From the NCBI GenBank assembly GCA_036172245.1, contig JAYWIR010000009.1:5022001-5086000 (forward strand): a stretch of 64,000 nt of DNA. Direction: 5' to 3'. The notes beneath the pieces were generated by a model. That model was not told the origin of the DNA, did no database searches, and saw nothing but the letters and a program-made list of their open reading frames with translations. The translations under genes and the position numbers were made by a program. The DNA comes from Raillietiella orientalis. Taxonomy: Eukaryota. This document shows, piece by piece, positions 12,737-25,049 of this stretch. Position 1 is the first letter of the stretch; every line of letters starts with the position of its first letter.

Positions 12737-13518
12737 AGATAAATGCATCACTGAATTCCGATTTCCTGATACCAAAACAAACACACCCGATGGCAAAATG
12801 TGCCACGACCCTCATGGTGCCTTGTTTTGTGGTTCTTATCCACAGCCTTTCAAAATGAGGACATGAAAACACAATTTGTTCATTTCTTTCCTTATATTTT
12901 AATGTAGTAATAAATAGAGTGAAGTGATGCCACGCTTAACCAAGCTACTACATCGAGAATTGAAATGATACATATCTAGATCGAGATAGTATGCATCATA
13001 ATTTTATTTTTTTTGAAAGAATGTTATTCCATAATTATGTAGAGAAGATTTGAAAAACTTCGTCAACGTATTTTCTATTACATTGTGATGAAAAATAATT
13101 TCATTTTTGCTTCGGTTTCGGCCGACAGCGAGTATCCGACTTTCGACTTTTTAACAGTTCTCCGCCTTCCTCGGCAGAGATTGCGTCCAGACAACTTGAA
13201 ATGGGACTGACTGTTCCTGTCTCTCGTGCTTCCTTCCACGCATCCATTTGTGATAGTTTTTGTGAAGGATTTGGCTCCCTACAACTTCGTCGTTCCGACA
13301 CCGGAACGCGTGACACTTAAAAGCCAGATTTTTCGGTCAGTGGATGAGCGACTCACGGCCTCTTCTTCTTTTGGGCTTCAGTTGGCTTGTTGCCATGAGC
13401 TGGCTCTCCCACGGGAAGGAGCTCTCACACCATTGCTGCTCCGGGAGACATTTACTATATCGTACCGTCTGGGTGAATGCCCGTCTGCTAATTTGCATCT
13501 GTTGGTGGTAATGATGCA

Positions 13519-13581
13519 TCAGTGCTGTCTGATGATACTTCTAAGGCGTCAGTGCTGTCTGATGATACTTCTAAGGCGTCA
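13519..13581. repeat. Perfect 30-bp tandem duplication
   Basis: TCAGTGCTGTCTGATGATACTTCTAAGGCG x2. Confidence 0.95.
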
Positions 13582-15749
13582 TCGCGCAAGAACTTTTCTG
13601 CAACTCAGCACTGATATGTCGTAGGCATCCGCAAGAAGCCCCTCTTCTGTATATGCTGTATGGAACCGTTTGCCCCTCGACTAATTCCTTGCTCTCCATT
13701 GTGCCTATGGCTTAATTCCGATTCTACGTCTTGATTGGACTGTGTCGTGGGCCAAGCATTTTTCCGCGCACTCGTGGATATGATCTACTACTACGTCCTT
13801 GGCACTCCCTGCAGTGCTCGTTACGTAGTGTTTCCCTCTTTATTTGAGAAGATTAGCGCGGTTCTCATCTTCGTACGAGGAAGGAAGCTCCTGAGCCTGG
13901 AAGAGCTCCCACCTGCCCAGAGAAGCGTGGGCCAGTACGCCTGCTCAGAGGATCTGCCCCGTGCTCCAGGGACACAGCTGCTGCAGCTGTGTTCCTGTCC
14001 TCAGCGGTAGCACCTGGGTGCTCGTCCTCCTCGGCAACCGGCGGCTGGTCGGAATTCCTGCCTTTTTCACGTTACGTGCAGTCGCCTGGAAAGCGGCGCT
14101 GGCGTCGACGATGGAGATGGGCGATGGTGGTGCTCCTCGCCAACGTCGCATGTCGGCGATCCCGTTCATGTTGCTCCCGTTCCGGATGATGCCTCCCACT
14201 CTGGAAAGTACGTGGACTCAGGTGTCTCAGCAGGACTGACACCCTTCCACTGAGCGAAGATATCCGTCTGGTCTGAACGGAGGCACATGTGGTCCCGGGC
14301 ACGTTCCGGAAATCGTTTGCCCCTTTCCCCTGCCGTGCCTGAGCCAGTAATGGGGGGCGCATTCTTGGACACCCTCTCGGAGGAACGGGGCGAGAGGTGA
14401 AGAAAGGAGGGTACGGAGCCAATCTCGAACGCTTCTAAACCATTTGGAGCTACTCTTCTGGCGACGAATAGGACCGCAGAGAAGCGCCACGTGCCAGTGG
14501 CGTCACGCATCCGAGGTTTCTTTTGTATTTTTTTTCTATGGAAATGCCAGCAAGCTGAATTCGGATTTCATGCTTGCAACCTTGCAACCTCGCTTGCAAC
14601 CTTGGCTGCAATTTATGCATGTCCACGTTCCAGAGTCCCTGTATGCTCTCGTAACGCTTCTGTCTCCGTTCGCGACTTTACCCGGAAACCCTTCTTTGTC
14701 CATCTTAGCATTACGTTGGGAATGAGGCCGAGGCCACTTCTCAAGTGGCGTTTGGAACGTGTTCGGTTGCCCCGGGCATTCATTCTCGTGCTCCTCTCTT
14801 CACTGTTGGAACATTGCAGGTTGCTATTGGCACCTGCCCACACACTTCTTCAGTCCGGCTACCGGACTTGGTAGCCCACTGCAAGTCGTCGGTCCATTCA
14901 CGGCCCTCTTCTCCTGACTGCACGAACATCACAGCTCGCGCCTTCGCACCCATCGACAGATGGGAAGAGGCTGGTCGCAACGCAGATGCTTAAGAGCGAA
15001 GCAGTCCGAGAATCCACTCGAGCACCGTAGCGGTCCCTGGACCCTTTGATGATGGCGACGATGTCGCTACCTTTATTCCTCTTCGGGAGAGATTGCAATC
15101 TGTTAATTTTTCTTTCTTATCCCGCCTGGCCGTGAGCAGTGTTTCCTCTCCGTGCGTCTTTGAGTCCACACCCAGGACTTGCTGGTTCTCTGAGACCTCA
15201 GCCTTCAGCCAGGTTTCCTTATTCTACCCCCAACTCCATTGTGCCGTTGTTGGTACATGAGAGAATGCCTCATGCAGTGGTTTACTATGTGAGGCAACAT
15301 ACGCCACGTTCTCTGCTTCCTTCTACCGCACGCGTGGAAGGCACCACTGGCGACTAGTGGAGTTGCCATGCAGCGGAGATCCCTTGATTATGTAGCCGAG
15401 GTTGACGATACTTTGGCGGCTTTTCGAGGTCTTTTTTTTTTTTCAAGGAGTTTACGAGCAGAGGAATTTCGAGGCGAGGGGCGGATTTTCCACAAAAGGG
15501 AAAACGTTTGAAGGGGTTCGTCCGAAATTGGGGGAACTCTTAGACGAACTCCCTTGCCGAACGCTTGCGAGGTTTCCCCAGAACTTTGCAAAGACCGGAA
15601 GCTTTTTTCTTTCCATTTGGGAAGAGGGCCACAAGCCCGGTTGGATTGGATGCTTGGATAAACGCAGTGCTGAAAGGATGGGAAAAGGGCTTGGAGCATT
15701 TCAGGAGCAAGCAGTTGCATTGCAATCGGAGGAAGCAATTGGATATACC

Positions 15750-16360
15750 TTGTGGAAACATAGAGCGAGAATCCTCATTTATAGGTATCCTCCCAATAAA
15801 AATAATAAAAACATTTGAATTTGCAACAATCACATTTATTATCTCTGAAATTTTCTTATTCATTTCCTTCTTCTGATCATTCTTCCATTCCAGACCAAGT
15901 GTCAATCCACAATTTCGATTTTCGTGACCTCCACCCAATCTTGCCCTACCCTACGCCATAGAAGTGCCTCTGCTTGACACCATTCTCCTGTATAGATCAG
16001 TTATCTCAGTTACACGAACACATCACTCTCTCTTAAAAAAAAACGATTCCCTCTCATTTTTATCCCTACTTCTTACTATCACAAGTGGATTCACATTCCT
16101 TACAACTCAAGCCATAGAATACTTCATACTCAGGTTTTCTATTACAGATTCAACTTTTGGTTCAACACTTTTTATCGCAACAGGATTCCACGGTTTTCAC
16201 GGATTTGCCGGAGTTATGTGCCTTACTTTATCCAAAACCCAAATTTTCACACTCTCCATCACTCACCTTCACCATCTATCATTCGAACTCCCCCTCTGAT
16301 ATTGACATTTTGTAGACGTTGCATGATTGTGCTTATTTCTATTCATATATTTATGAACAT
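15750..16360 (+). pseudogene. cox3: NUMT: cox3 (copy 2, 3' two thirds); start of a ~6.1 kb mitochondrial insertion
   Basis: SEIFLFISFFWSFFH...FSITDSTFGSTLFIATGFHG...WYWHFVDVAWLCLF. Confidence 0.92.
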
Positions 16361-16415
16361 ACTCTTTTATTAGACACAGTACAAATAACTTCCAATTATT
16401 AAGAAATAAAGAGTA
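16361..16415 (+). tRNA. trnG: NUMT mt tRNA-Gly(TCC), lacking T arm
   Basis: Acceptor stem ACTCTTT/AAAGAGT and anticodon arm AATAA-CT-TCC-AA-TTATT, immediately after cox3. Confidence 0.75.
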
Positions 16416-16467
16416 GTCTTTTAGTTTAATACAACACATTATGCCTTCAAGATTAAAATTTTAAGAA

Positions 16468-16522
16468 TTTGAGTTAAGCTTAAGCATATCACTGTTAATG
16501 ATAAAAATTTCCCCAACTCAAA
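16468..16522 (+). tRNA. trnN: NUMT mt tRNA-Asn(GTT), lacking T arm
   Basis: TTGAGTT/AACTCAA acceptor; TATCA-CT-GTT-AA-TGATA anticodon arm. Confidence 0.75.
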
Positions 16523-16604
16523 CTCTATCTGCTCCATCCATCAACTGTCCATTATTTCCTAAGTATTTTCAACGCTTTGCCCTACGTAAGCTAAAAAGAC
16601 AATC

Positions 16605-16658
16605 TAAAATTATAGTTAGAATAATATTTGTTTTACAAACAAAAATTTCTAATTTTAT
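16605..16658 (+). tRNA. trnV: NUMT mt tRNA-Val(TAC), lacking T arm
   Basis: TAAAATT/AATTTTA acceptor; TTTGT-TT-TAC-AA-ACAAA anticodon arm. Confidence 0.7.
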
Positions 16659-16707
16659 TAAAGTAACAAATAATTCTATACAATAGACTATAACTCGTGC
16701 ACTCAAT

Positions 16708-16761
16708 GAGACAACCTCAGAGGCTCCTAATCCCTAAATAGTGGCATACCATTTTGTCTCT
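16708..16761 (+). tRNA. trnS1: NUMT mt tRNA-Ser(AGN), D-armless
   Basis: GAGACAA/TTGTCTC acceptor, no D arm, T-arm-like AATAGTGGCATACCATTT. Confidence 0.55.
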
Positions 16762-16769
16762 TCTACTAA

Positions 16770-17113
16770 AAAAATATTACTTTTACCCTCCCTTTTTATT
16801 ATCACTTTCATTATTTCTTTCGCAATAATCATTAAACCTAAACTCCAATTTAATTACAATACCTCGTCTCCCTTCGGATGAGGATTTGAGGCAAAAAAGG
16901 ATGCACATTTCCCATTCTCTATCCAATTTTTCCTAATTACAATTATGTTCTTGATTTTCGAATTGAATGGAATTAGCCATTATCTTCCCCGCACCCCTTT
17001 TCCCACTATCCCTCACACTTTCTACAACCATTTCATTAACATCATTAATTCTTTTTTTAATCTCAAGATTCAAATATGAATTTTACACTGGCTTCATCTC
17101 ATGAATATTCTAA
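16770..17113 (+). pseudogene. nad3: NUMT: NADH dehydrogenase subunit 3
   Basis: SSPFGWGFE..AHFPFSIQFFLITIMFLIFE, corresponding to SPFECGFD..FSxQFFL. Confidence 0.85.
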
Positions 17114-17149
17114 GATAAAAGTGAAAACAGGTAGTTACAATGTAACCTT

Positions 17150-18600
17150 AAATTCGTATTTCCATCCCGTTAACACTCGTAACACTTTCCCAGAGATATT
17201 ACTCAACATAAAATTAAAAATTTAATTCCACTAGGATTCTGAGATATCCACATCCAACCTCAATCATAAAATCGTCCGTAAAAAACTCATTCATCTCAAA
17301 TAACACACAACAAAATACACCATAAAATATTTACTTTCTATAACATTATAAACAATACTCTTCTGAACAACATTAACCACTCCCACATACCACACACACC
17401 CTCACTCCATCCACCCCTTATCAATTATCTCCCTAATTATGCTGACACGCATTAACCAATTTCTTAATATAAGCCCTCTCATCAACTTCAAACCCATAAT
17501 TACCATCATGACATTTCCTCAACTCTTCACCATAAACTTTACTATACTATAGTGACTCCCCAAAAAGGAGACAACATAATTCTGACATAAATTACTCTTA
17601 AAACTAAATTAACCATTCCTACATTTCCCATAATCCGCAAATCCCGCCCCCATCATACCCATGAATAACCAATCCTGCACACAAAAACATCAACGACTTA
17701 AACACGGCATGAATCAATAAATGATAATACACTAACATCCCCATACCTAACCCGAACCCTATAAACATTATACCCAACTGCCTCAGCGTTGAGTATGCAA
17801 TAGTCTTTTTCACATCAACCTCCATCCTCCCCATTACTCATGAACACACCATCGTCAAAAGACCACCATATAACTTACCATCCCAATTTCATTAAATCGA
17901 ATCATTAAATACACCCCGCAGTCACCAATCTTGACAAATGAACCAAAGCTGAAACTCGCGTAGGTGCTCCCATAGCCTCTGGTAGCCACACAATAAATGG
18001 TAGCTGTGCACTCTTAGTCATTCTCATTAACATTATTACCCAGAAATATCAACTATTAACACATAATCTCTCATAAACCCAAGTACCTCCCATCAACAAC
18101 CATCCATCAGCAAAATCCTATCCCTGAAACGATTACTCATAAACGTAATTATACCCCCATAATCAGAACCACGGATCATATAAAAAATCACCAAACAATA
18201 AGAAATAATGCCCAATCCATCTCAACTCAAAATAATCGCGACTAAACTAACACTCATAATTAACAATAACATTCTCACCACAAACCAAAATACTATAACA
18301 AAATACAATAACATCAAAAAACAGTTTTCTTGCTATGTACTCCCAACTATACATCATAACCAAAAAGAAACAACCATTACATACCCTATAAATAATAAAC
18401 ACTTATCATCGAAAACAAACGATACACTCCACTTCATTCCTCCCAACCTCATCAATGATCATTCCATCAACACTACCCCACTCCAACAAACAATTCACAA
18501 GCCCACACTCACAACTATCATCCTAACCAACCCCACTAATGACATATGTAATGACATGACAATGACCCCACTATTGACATGACATATGTAAAAAACACAA
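17150..18600 (-). pseudogene. nad5: NUMT: NADH dehydrogenase subunit 5 (with deletions and frameshifts)
   Basis: EVDVKKTIAYSTLSQLG...[37 protein letters not shown]. Confidence 0.9.
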
Positions 18601-18639
18601 AATCATAATCAACCCCCCTAATCCACCATACCCCAATTT

Positions 18640-19550
18640 CATCCCACCTCTCAGATACATTGATCGTCTCCCTAACAACTCAAACATTTAGCCCCTAAAA
18701 AAAAATAAGCCGGAAGATACATAACCATGTGCCACCATTGTCAAAACACATCCCATCACCCCCATCTCACTCCCCATCAATCTCCCCCCTACAATAACCC
18801 TTATATGACAAATCGATGAATGAGCTATAATTACCTGTCGAAAACACATCATTAACCACCTACCATAATTAAGCCAATTAAACATAACCTTATAACCCCA
18901 TAACTATATTTTATAAATAACCGCACCATCCCATACCTCCCTAACTTCAACATAACCCCAACAAGAATTATAGAACCAGAAGAAACAGATTCCACATGAG
19001 CCTTTGGAAGCCACAAATGAACACCTTAAACTGGTAACTTTACAAAAAACACCCCTACCAATATTAAACCTTCCATTCCCAACCCCTCATCTCTTCCAAT
19101 TGCTCATCTCCTATTCTAATGATCAAACTATCTCCCACAAAATCAATAAGACCAATTAAAAACCACAAAGACCTAAAAACCGTATAAATAAATATGTAAA
19201 CCCAAGCTCTAAATCACTCCCTCTGGTACCCTCACCATACTACAATCAACACCATAGGAACCATCCTACTCTCAAAAAACACATTAAATATAAAAAAATC
19301 GACTCTTATAAATCCATACATTACCATTACACCCAAAACCACTCTTACTACTCCTAACATAACCACCCCACTAACTCCCATTCTGTCCATTACCACTTAC
19401 ACTCATCTCCACCAAAAAAAAATAATCCAAACTACCCAACATCATCATCTCCAACCTCAATAATCCTCTTAAAATATGCCCCTTATTCATACAAAATATT
19501 CATAAACCTAATCAAAACACAAATCATCCCCATCTCTATTACTATTCCAG
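18640..19550 (-). pseudogene. nad4: NUMT: NADH dehydrogenase subunit 4 (partial)
   Basis: [28 protein letters not shown]...MVAHGYVSSGLFF. Confidence 0.9.
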
Positions 19551-19604
19551 GATATGCCTACATACAAATCTCCAGATCTCACTACCATCCACATAAACCC
19601 CTTG

Positions 19605-20025
19605 CATAATCATAATTACAACCATATCTCTCCTCTATTGCTCATACACCAATCCGATAATTATAGCTTTCTTCCTAGCTACAATTTCACTGACCACTGC
19701 CATTATCATTAACCTCCTTTCCATAACATCATGATATGCTATCATTCTATTTCTCATCTACATCAGAGGAATTCCAATCATCAATCTAACATACAATGAA
19801 TTATCTACATTCAGTACAAAACCCTTAATTATTACCCCATTCCTACTTCTTATTCCCGCCCCAAACTAACCTACTTCCCCATCCTCATCTTACTCATCAA
19901 GAATTCTACTGTCATTACCATACATCTCAATAACCTGATTCCTAATGTCCTACTGAATATTAACACTAATCATTATCCCACAAATAATCATACAAAAAAA
20001 GACACCCCTCCGCTCTCTCCTTTAA
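19605..20025 (+). pseudogene. nad6: NUMT: NADH dehydrogenase subunit 6
   Basis: TSWYAIILFLIYISGI motif; lies upstream of cob. Confidence 0.7.
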
Positions 20026-21115
20026 TAACAAAACTAAACAAAAAAATTAACAATATCGTTAACATACCCATACCATCAAACATCTCCTACTCTTGGAATC
20101 TAGGCTTCGTAATAGGAATCTTCCTAATCACCTAACTAATAACTGGCATTATCATCTTCATACATTACACCCCCCATACTACAGAAGCCTTTTCATCAAT
20201 CATCAATATAATACACAATACCAATGACGGATGACTTATACGATACATTCACGCCATTGTGTCGTCCTGTTATATTGCCTCCCTATTTTTCATAGCAATC
20301 TATCTGCACACCTTCCGTGCATTAAACTTCTTCTCTTATAAAAACATTACAACCTGAATAACAGGATTACTTCTCCTTGTCTTACTAATAATGACATCAT
20401 TCCTAGGGTACGTCCTTCCTTGAGGACAAATATCTTTTTGAGCCGCCACAGTCATCACTAACCTGTTTTCCACTGTTCCCTTCATTGGTCAACACATCAT
20501 CTCCTTTTTATGAGGAAATTTTTTCATCTCCAACCCTACCCTTAATCGATTTTTTCCCCTACACTTCATCTTACCCTTTGTTATAGTAATCATCTCCCCA
20601 TCACAGCTATTTTTTCTCCATAAAAACTTCTCTTCGAACCCTCCAGGAACTAAAAGAAACCTTGACATGCTCCCCTTCCGAACATTCTTCATCATTAAAG
20701 ACCTAACAAGCCTTCTACCACTCGCCACACTCCTCCTCCTTACATCCACCTTTCTCCCTTACATATTCATATCTGAAGAAAAACTCATACTCTCCAACAC
20801 CCTGGTAACTCCTACACACATTCAACCTGAATGATACTTCCTATTCACCTACACTATTCTACGATCAATCCTTAGACAACAAGCTAGGAGGAGTAATTGC
20901 CCTAATCTCCAGTATTCTTATCCTAACCACCTTACCAATATACAAACTTCTGTCCCTTCCATCCTCTCACTACTACCCTACAAAAAAAATTCTCTACTCA
21001 TTGTTAATTTCATCATTTTCAATTCTTACATGATGAACCATCACTTCATCAATATTCCCTCTCACATAAGTTTCATCACTCATCTATTTTACATTCTTCA
21101 AATCTGCAATATAAC
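20025..21115 (+). pseudogene. cob: NUMT: cytochrome b
   Basis: [60 protein letters not shown]. Confidence 0.95.
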
Positions 21116-21129
21116 AAAATGCATGAACA

Positions 21130-21868
21130 CATATACATTAACCTATCATAACGGTAACGTGGCAATACCCTTCGCCATCACATAATTACATACATTACAT
21201 ACAAACTCTTCACTCCCACCACATAACCCCCCATACATTCATCTTGTAATCAATCTTCAATACACAATAAATCCATATTCAGATAAAAACCACAAAACAA
21301 ATATTCTACCACCATACTCCACATTATAACCAGACACCAACTCAGACTCCCCATCCCGAAAATCACACGGCAAACGATTCACTTCCACCAAACACACAAC
21401 AACTGACATAACTAACCTACCCAAGCCACAAAACATTAACCGTCCCCCCATTTCCAATCCCAACTTATACCCTCCCATAAACACAACCACACTTATTAAC
21501 ACAACGATCATACATACTTCATAAGAATCATTTGAGCTACCAAATGCACCACACCAATATACCTATATTTATTGTTACTAACCCAACCACTTATTAACAT
21601 CCCATACATCCTTCCAGTCAAATAACATACAAACAACATTGAACCCATTACCCCCCCCATCAACCCCCAACCTCTAGGATAAACCACCCATATCCCCACC
21701 ATCACTCCTATCCTAATTAATGGACCCATTTTATAACCTACCTTATTACAATCTTTCACTTCATAATACCCTTTACCCAACGATTTCAAACCATCAATAA
21801 CTGGCTGCAAAACTCCCACTCCCATTTTATTCGGCCCTTCACGCCATTGCACCCCTCCTAAAATCTTA
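21130..21868 (-). pseudogene. nad1: NUMT: NADH dehydrogenase subunit 1 (partial)
   Basis: QWREGPNKMG..LQPVIDGLK; EVNRLPCDF.DGESELVSGYNVEYGG. Confidence 0.92.
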
Positions 21869-23564
21869 CAGTCGAAAAATGGTCGAAAGCACGGGCTGTA
21901 ATGAAATACGAAGCGTTCCGAAAAGGAAAGTGCATTTCAACACAAGACAAGCCGATGACTGTGTTATCCGATGATCATCTCATCATGTGATACAGCAGCT
22001 GCAAACGTGGAGAAAGCAAAGCGAACGCGCCCCCCTCTATCGATGACTCCGCGTTGCGTCACGAGACATTCGGTGAGCATCTCTCCATCTGTCCATCGTG
22101 GTCCACTGGAGGCACGCAAGGAGAATCTTTGCTCAGTTTACTGAATGAAGACTATTTTGGGAAGGGAACTTCATTCGTGGAACTTCATTTTCTAGGAATG
22201 TAAATGTGGATAAAGACGTATTTCTATCCGAACGTCGCCAAAACCCATTTGTGAGTAAGCTCGGCTTCCCTTCGTTTTCTCATTTCCCCTTTAGAAAGGT
22301 CTTTGAAGGAAGAAAAAACTGCAAAAGGTGAATGCTGAAGAAACGGCATCCCCGAGCAGAGTGAGGGAGAGACGGGCTTGGGATTCACTAAGCGGTTGGT
22401 TGGTGAGCCGGATGGCGATGCCGCTTTCACAGTTCTGGATGTCATGTTTGGCAGCAACGGGTCAGCTGTCCCCGAATCCGTGTCATTGCCAAACATTTGG
22501 CTGTGGCTTCCGTTTTGCTGTCCAGGGGAGGGAATCAATGCCGTGGGGGAAACAAACTCATCGCCAGTGTAACATGCACAGGAGGTTCGAAGTGCCCTTC
22601 CTTCTGTCGGAAAGTTTCTTCCCACAGCAGCGTGCGGGCAATGTTCTCCTTGAAGACCGCACTTTCCACTATTTCTAATAGTTCCCAAGCACAGCAGACA
22701 CGATCAAAGCTTCCAAGAATATCGAAGCGTGAATTTTCGAAAAAAAAAAAAAAAAAAATACGACCTGGTCAAAGAAATAGGGAATGTTTATTTGATGCCC
22801 TTAGGTTACCCTGAATTTTCTGAAGCCCACTTGAGCCACTTCTACAAAGAAGCGATTTCTCCTTGTAGAAGAAATTCAAACGAGAATGGGTACGGTTTTC
22901 TCGAGCACATGAGAACGACATGGAAATGCTGATTCGTGCAAGAAGCGGTTGCTCGGTAGCGGAATCCCTGTAGATAATCGCTTTATCTTTGCCATTTGAA
23001 TCACAGATTGCTTCCTTTGATTTGTTAGGGGAGAACTTATCTACTCAACCTTTCCAGAAACTCTGAAGGAAGAAAAGAAAGGCTCTCAAATGCTTCAACT
23101 GCAGCAGAAGCTCTAACCTCAGTAAGTTTACCAAGTTGAAGTTGAACGTCCTGTTATATTTTACCGCATTGTGACTACTGAAACAAAATAAATTGCATTC
23201 ATAGTGATGCTAACCCGATTATGTTTCGGGTAATCATACAGCAAATGTTTTACTTTTTATTTGTGTACATAGCTGAGTTGTAAAGTTACACAGCTATACA
23301 GTAAATTATATGGTTAGTTCTGTCTGCTGGCAGAGGCTGTCCTTACACTCTGGAGAGGCAAAGCTGGTCTTCCTCGTTTGATGCCGCTCTGTCTCTCTCA
23401 GACTTCTCAGTGGTAATTCCGCACACTAAAGATGGGAGCTTGTCGGATTCTTCAGGTGGGGACTACGAAAAGGGGTGCAACACCGTGCTTTGTAGACTCA
23501 GTGCTGCAGGAGGAAATGGCATGCTCGACAAACTGGATCCTGAATGAAGCTTGCTCGCTCTCAA

Positions 23565-24233
23565 TTGAAACCCGGTTGCGCCGGGACGTTTATTCTTTGG
23601 AATAAACCTCTATAATCTGTGACTGCATCAGTAGTCCAGCCACGCCCTAGAAACTTCCAGCCTGCAGGGCTACCTGTGCGCAGACCGGTGCGGTCGACCA
23701 CGGCAGCAGAGGGGAAGGGGAATGAAACAAAAGAAAACCAAAAAATAAACAAAACTGGGAGGAAACAGGAAGGGATCACAGTCTGCTGGGAGGCTCCGTC
23801 ATCCTCTGGAGGATGCCGGCAAGCTGTTGCTGCATGGTGGATTTCCGATGGGGCCATCGCGTCGTCATCCTCAGTAAGCGTGTACACCACCCGGGCGGTG
23901 TACACGGTGGCATCCCTGTAGCTGGATCCTCCCGTCGCTTTGATCCATGCCACGACGATCCTGCGTAGGCAGCACACGGCTGCAAGCGAGGACGCTGGAG
24001 GCAGGGCGTCTCGGACGAAGAGGGGGCGCAAAGCGTCTCTGGGATTGCCTCCGGGGATACCCAGGCAGCGGCAAAGCGTTCCCACAAGGGACGGAGGGCA
24101 ACACAATCCGCTAACAGGTTGGGGGGGTATTCCCTCTCCCAGCACCTGACACAATTGGGGTTGACATCCCCCCGCGTTCAGTGGTGTAGGTGGGCGTTGC
24201 AAGGGAGACCCCAATGCAACACCAAAAGTGCCG
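23565..24233 (-). mobile_element. 5'-truncated L1/Tx1 LINE with 13-bp TSD
   Basis: ORF2 end (LRPLFVRDALPPASSLAAVCCLR), 3' UTR and terminal hairpin. TGCTCGCTCTCAA is repeated at 23552-23564 and 24234-24246. Confidence 0.88.
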
Positions 24234-24889
24234 TGCTCGCTCTCAAGGACAGTCGAGGAATTCGAGCTTGCGTAGCTCTTGACATGACAACACAGCAAGA
24301 CAGAAAGCGTTGGAAAAATCGGAAAATCCCCAGTTTAAGAGGTACTGCACAGGAGATAGTTAGGATGGAGTATCTGATATCAACACGATTTCTTCCTTGG
24401 TTGAAGCCCCTTCCCAGAACCCAGTCAGAGAGAGAGGGAGTCCTCTATTGAACGGATTCTCAAGATTCACTCGATGGATGATCACAACTGGTGTTTTGGG
24501 ACTATTACGGTTGATGTAGAATCCACAGATAAACAGTACGCAACGCGTTCCAACTGCTGAAACGGAAGAACAAGAATTGTTTCTTCCTGGTTAGGTAGTA
24601 AATATGCGAAAGTGAACGTGCAAGTTTTTGTAGCGTGTAGGTGAGCAGTGTGCAGAAGGCAGAGCGGAAGAAAACGAGCAAGAAATAATTTGTAGGAACG
24701 TGGAAGAGGCCTTGTCCCGCACTTTCAGCCTGGCAAGCCGGAAGTCTGGCTATCCATGACACACCAGATCAAAAGGGCTGATGAGCTCTAGAAGGCGTAA
24801 CCTGATGGGTTGGCCTGCTAACGATATCCTTCGATGACTTTTCAGTCTCCCAATTGTGCATGAACTCGACGGCGCCCCTCAGACTCATT

Positions 24890-25015
24890 TTACGACTTTC
24901 ATTACTTCACTGGGGTCTCCGGAACAATGCAAAGAGATGTGCTTCTGATGACGCGGTTTTCCCATCATGCAGCCGCTGCGACGGACGGGAAACCGTCCTG
25001 CATGAGGTTCCCCGG
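24890..25015 (+). mobile_element. Short L1/Tx1 zinc-finger fragment
   Basis: LLHWGLRNNA...PSCSRCDGRETVLH. Confidence 0.6.
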
Positions 25016-25049
25016 CCCACAAAGTGCTTTCTAGTGCTTTCTTCCACCC

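Noticed and set aside
5200..19780. AGA read as Gly (tunicate-type code)
   Set aside because: AGA/AGG also occupy conserved Ser positions (LLSSG, STLSQLG), so the few Gly-site AGA codons are better explained as mutations.
15750..21868. Functional mitochondrial genome contig
   Set aside because: It has frameshifts, stops and internal deletions and is flanked by nuclear and viral sequence, so it is a NUMT.
22740..22758. Poly(A) run as a retrocopy tail
   Set aside because: I found no TSD or recognisable upstream gene.
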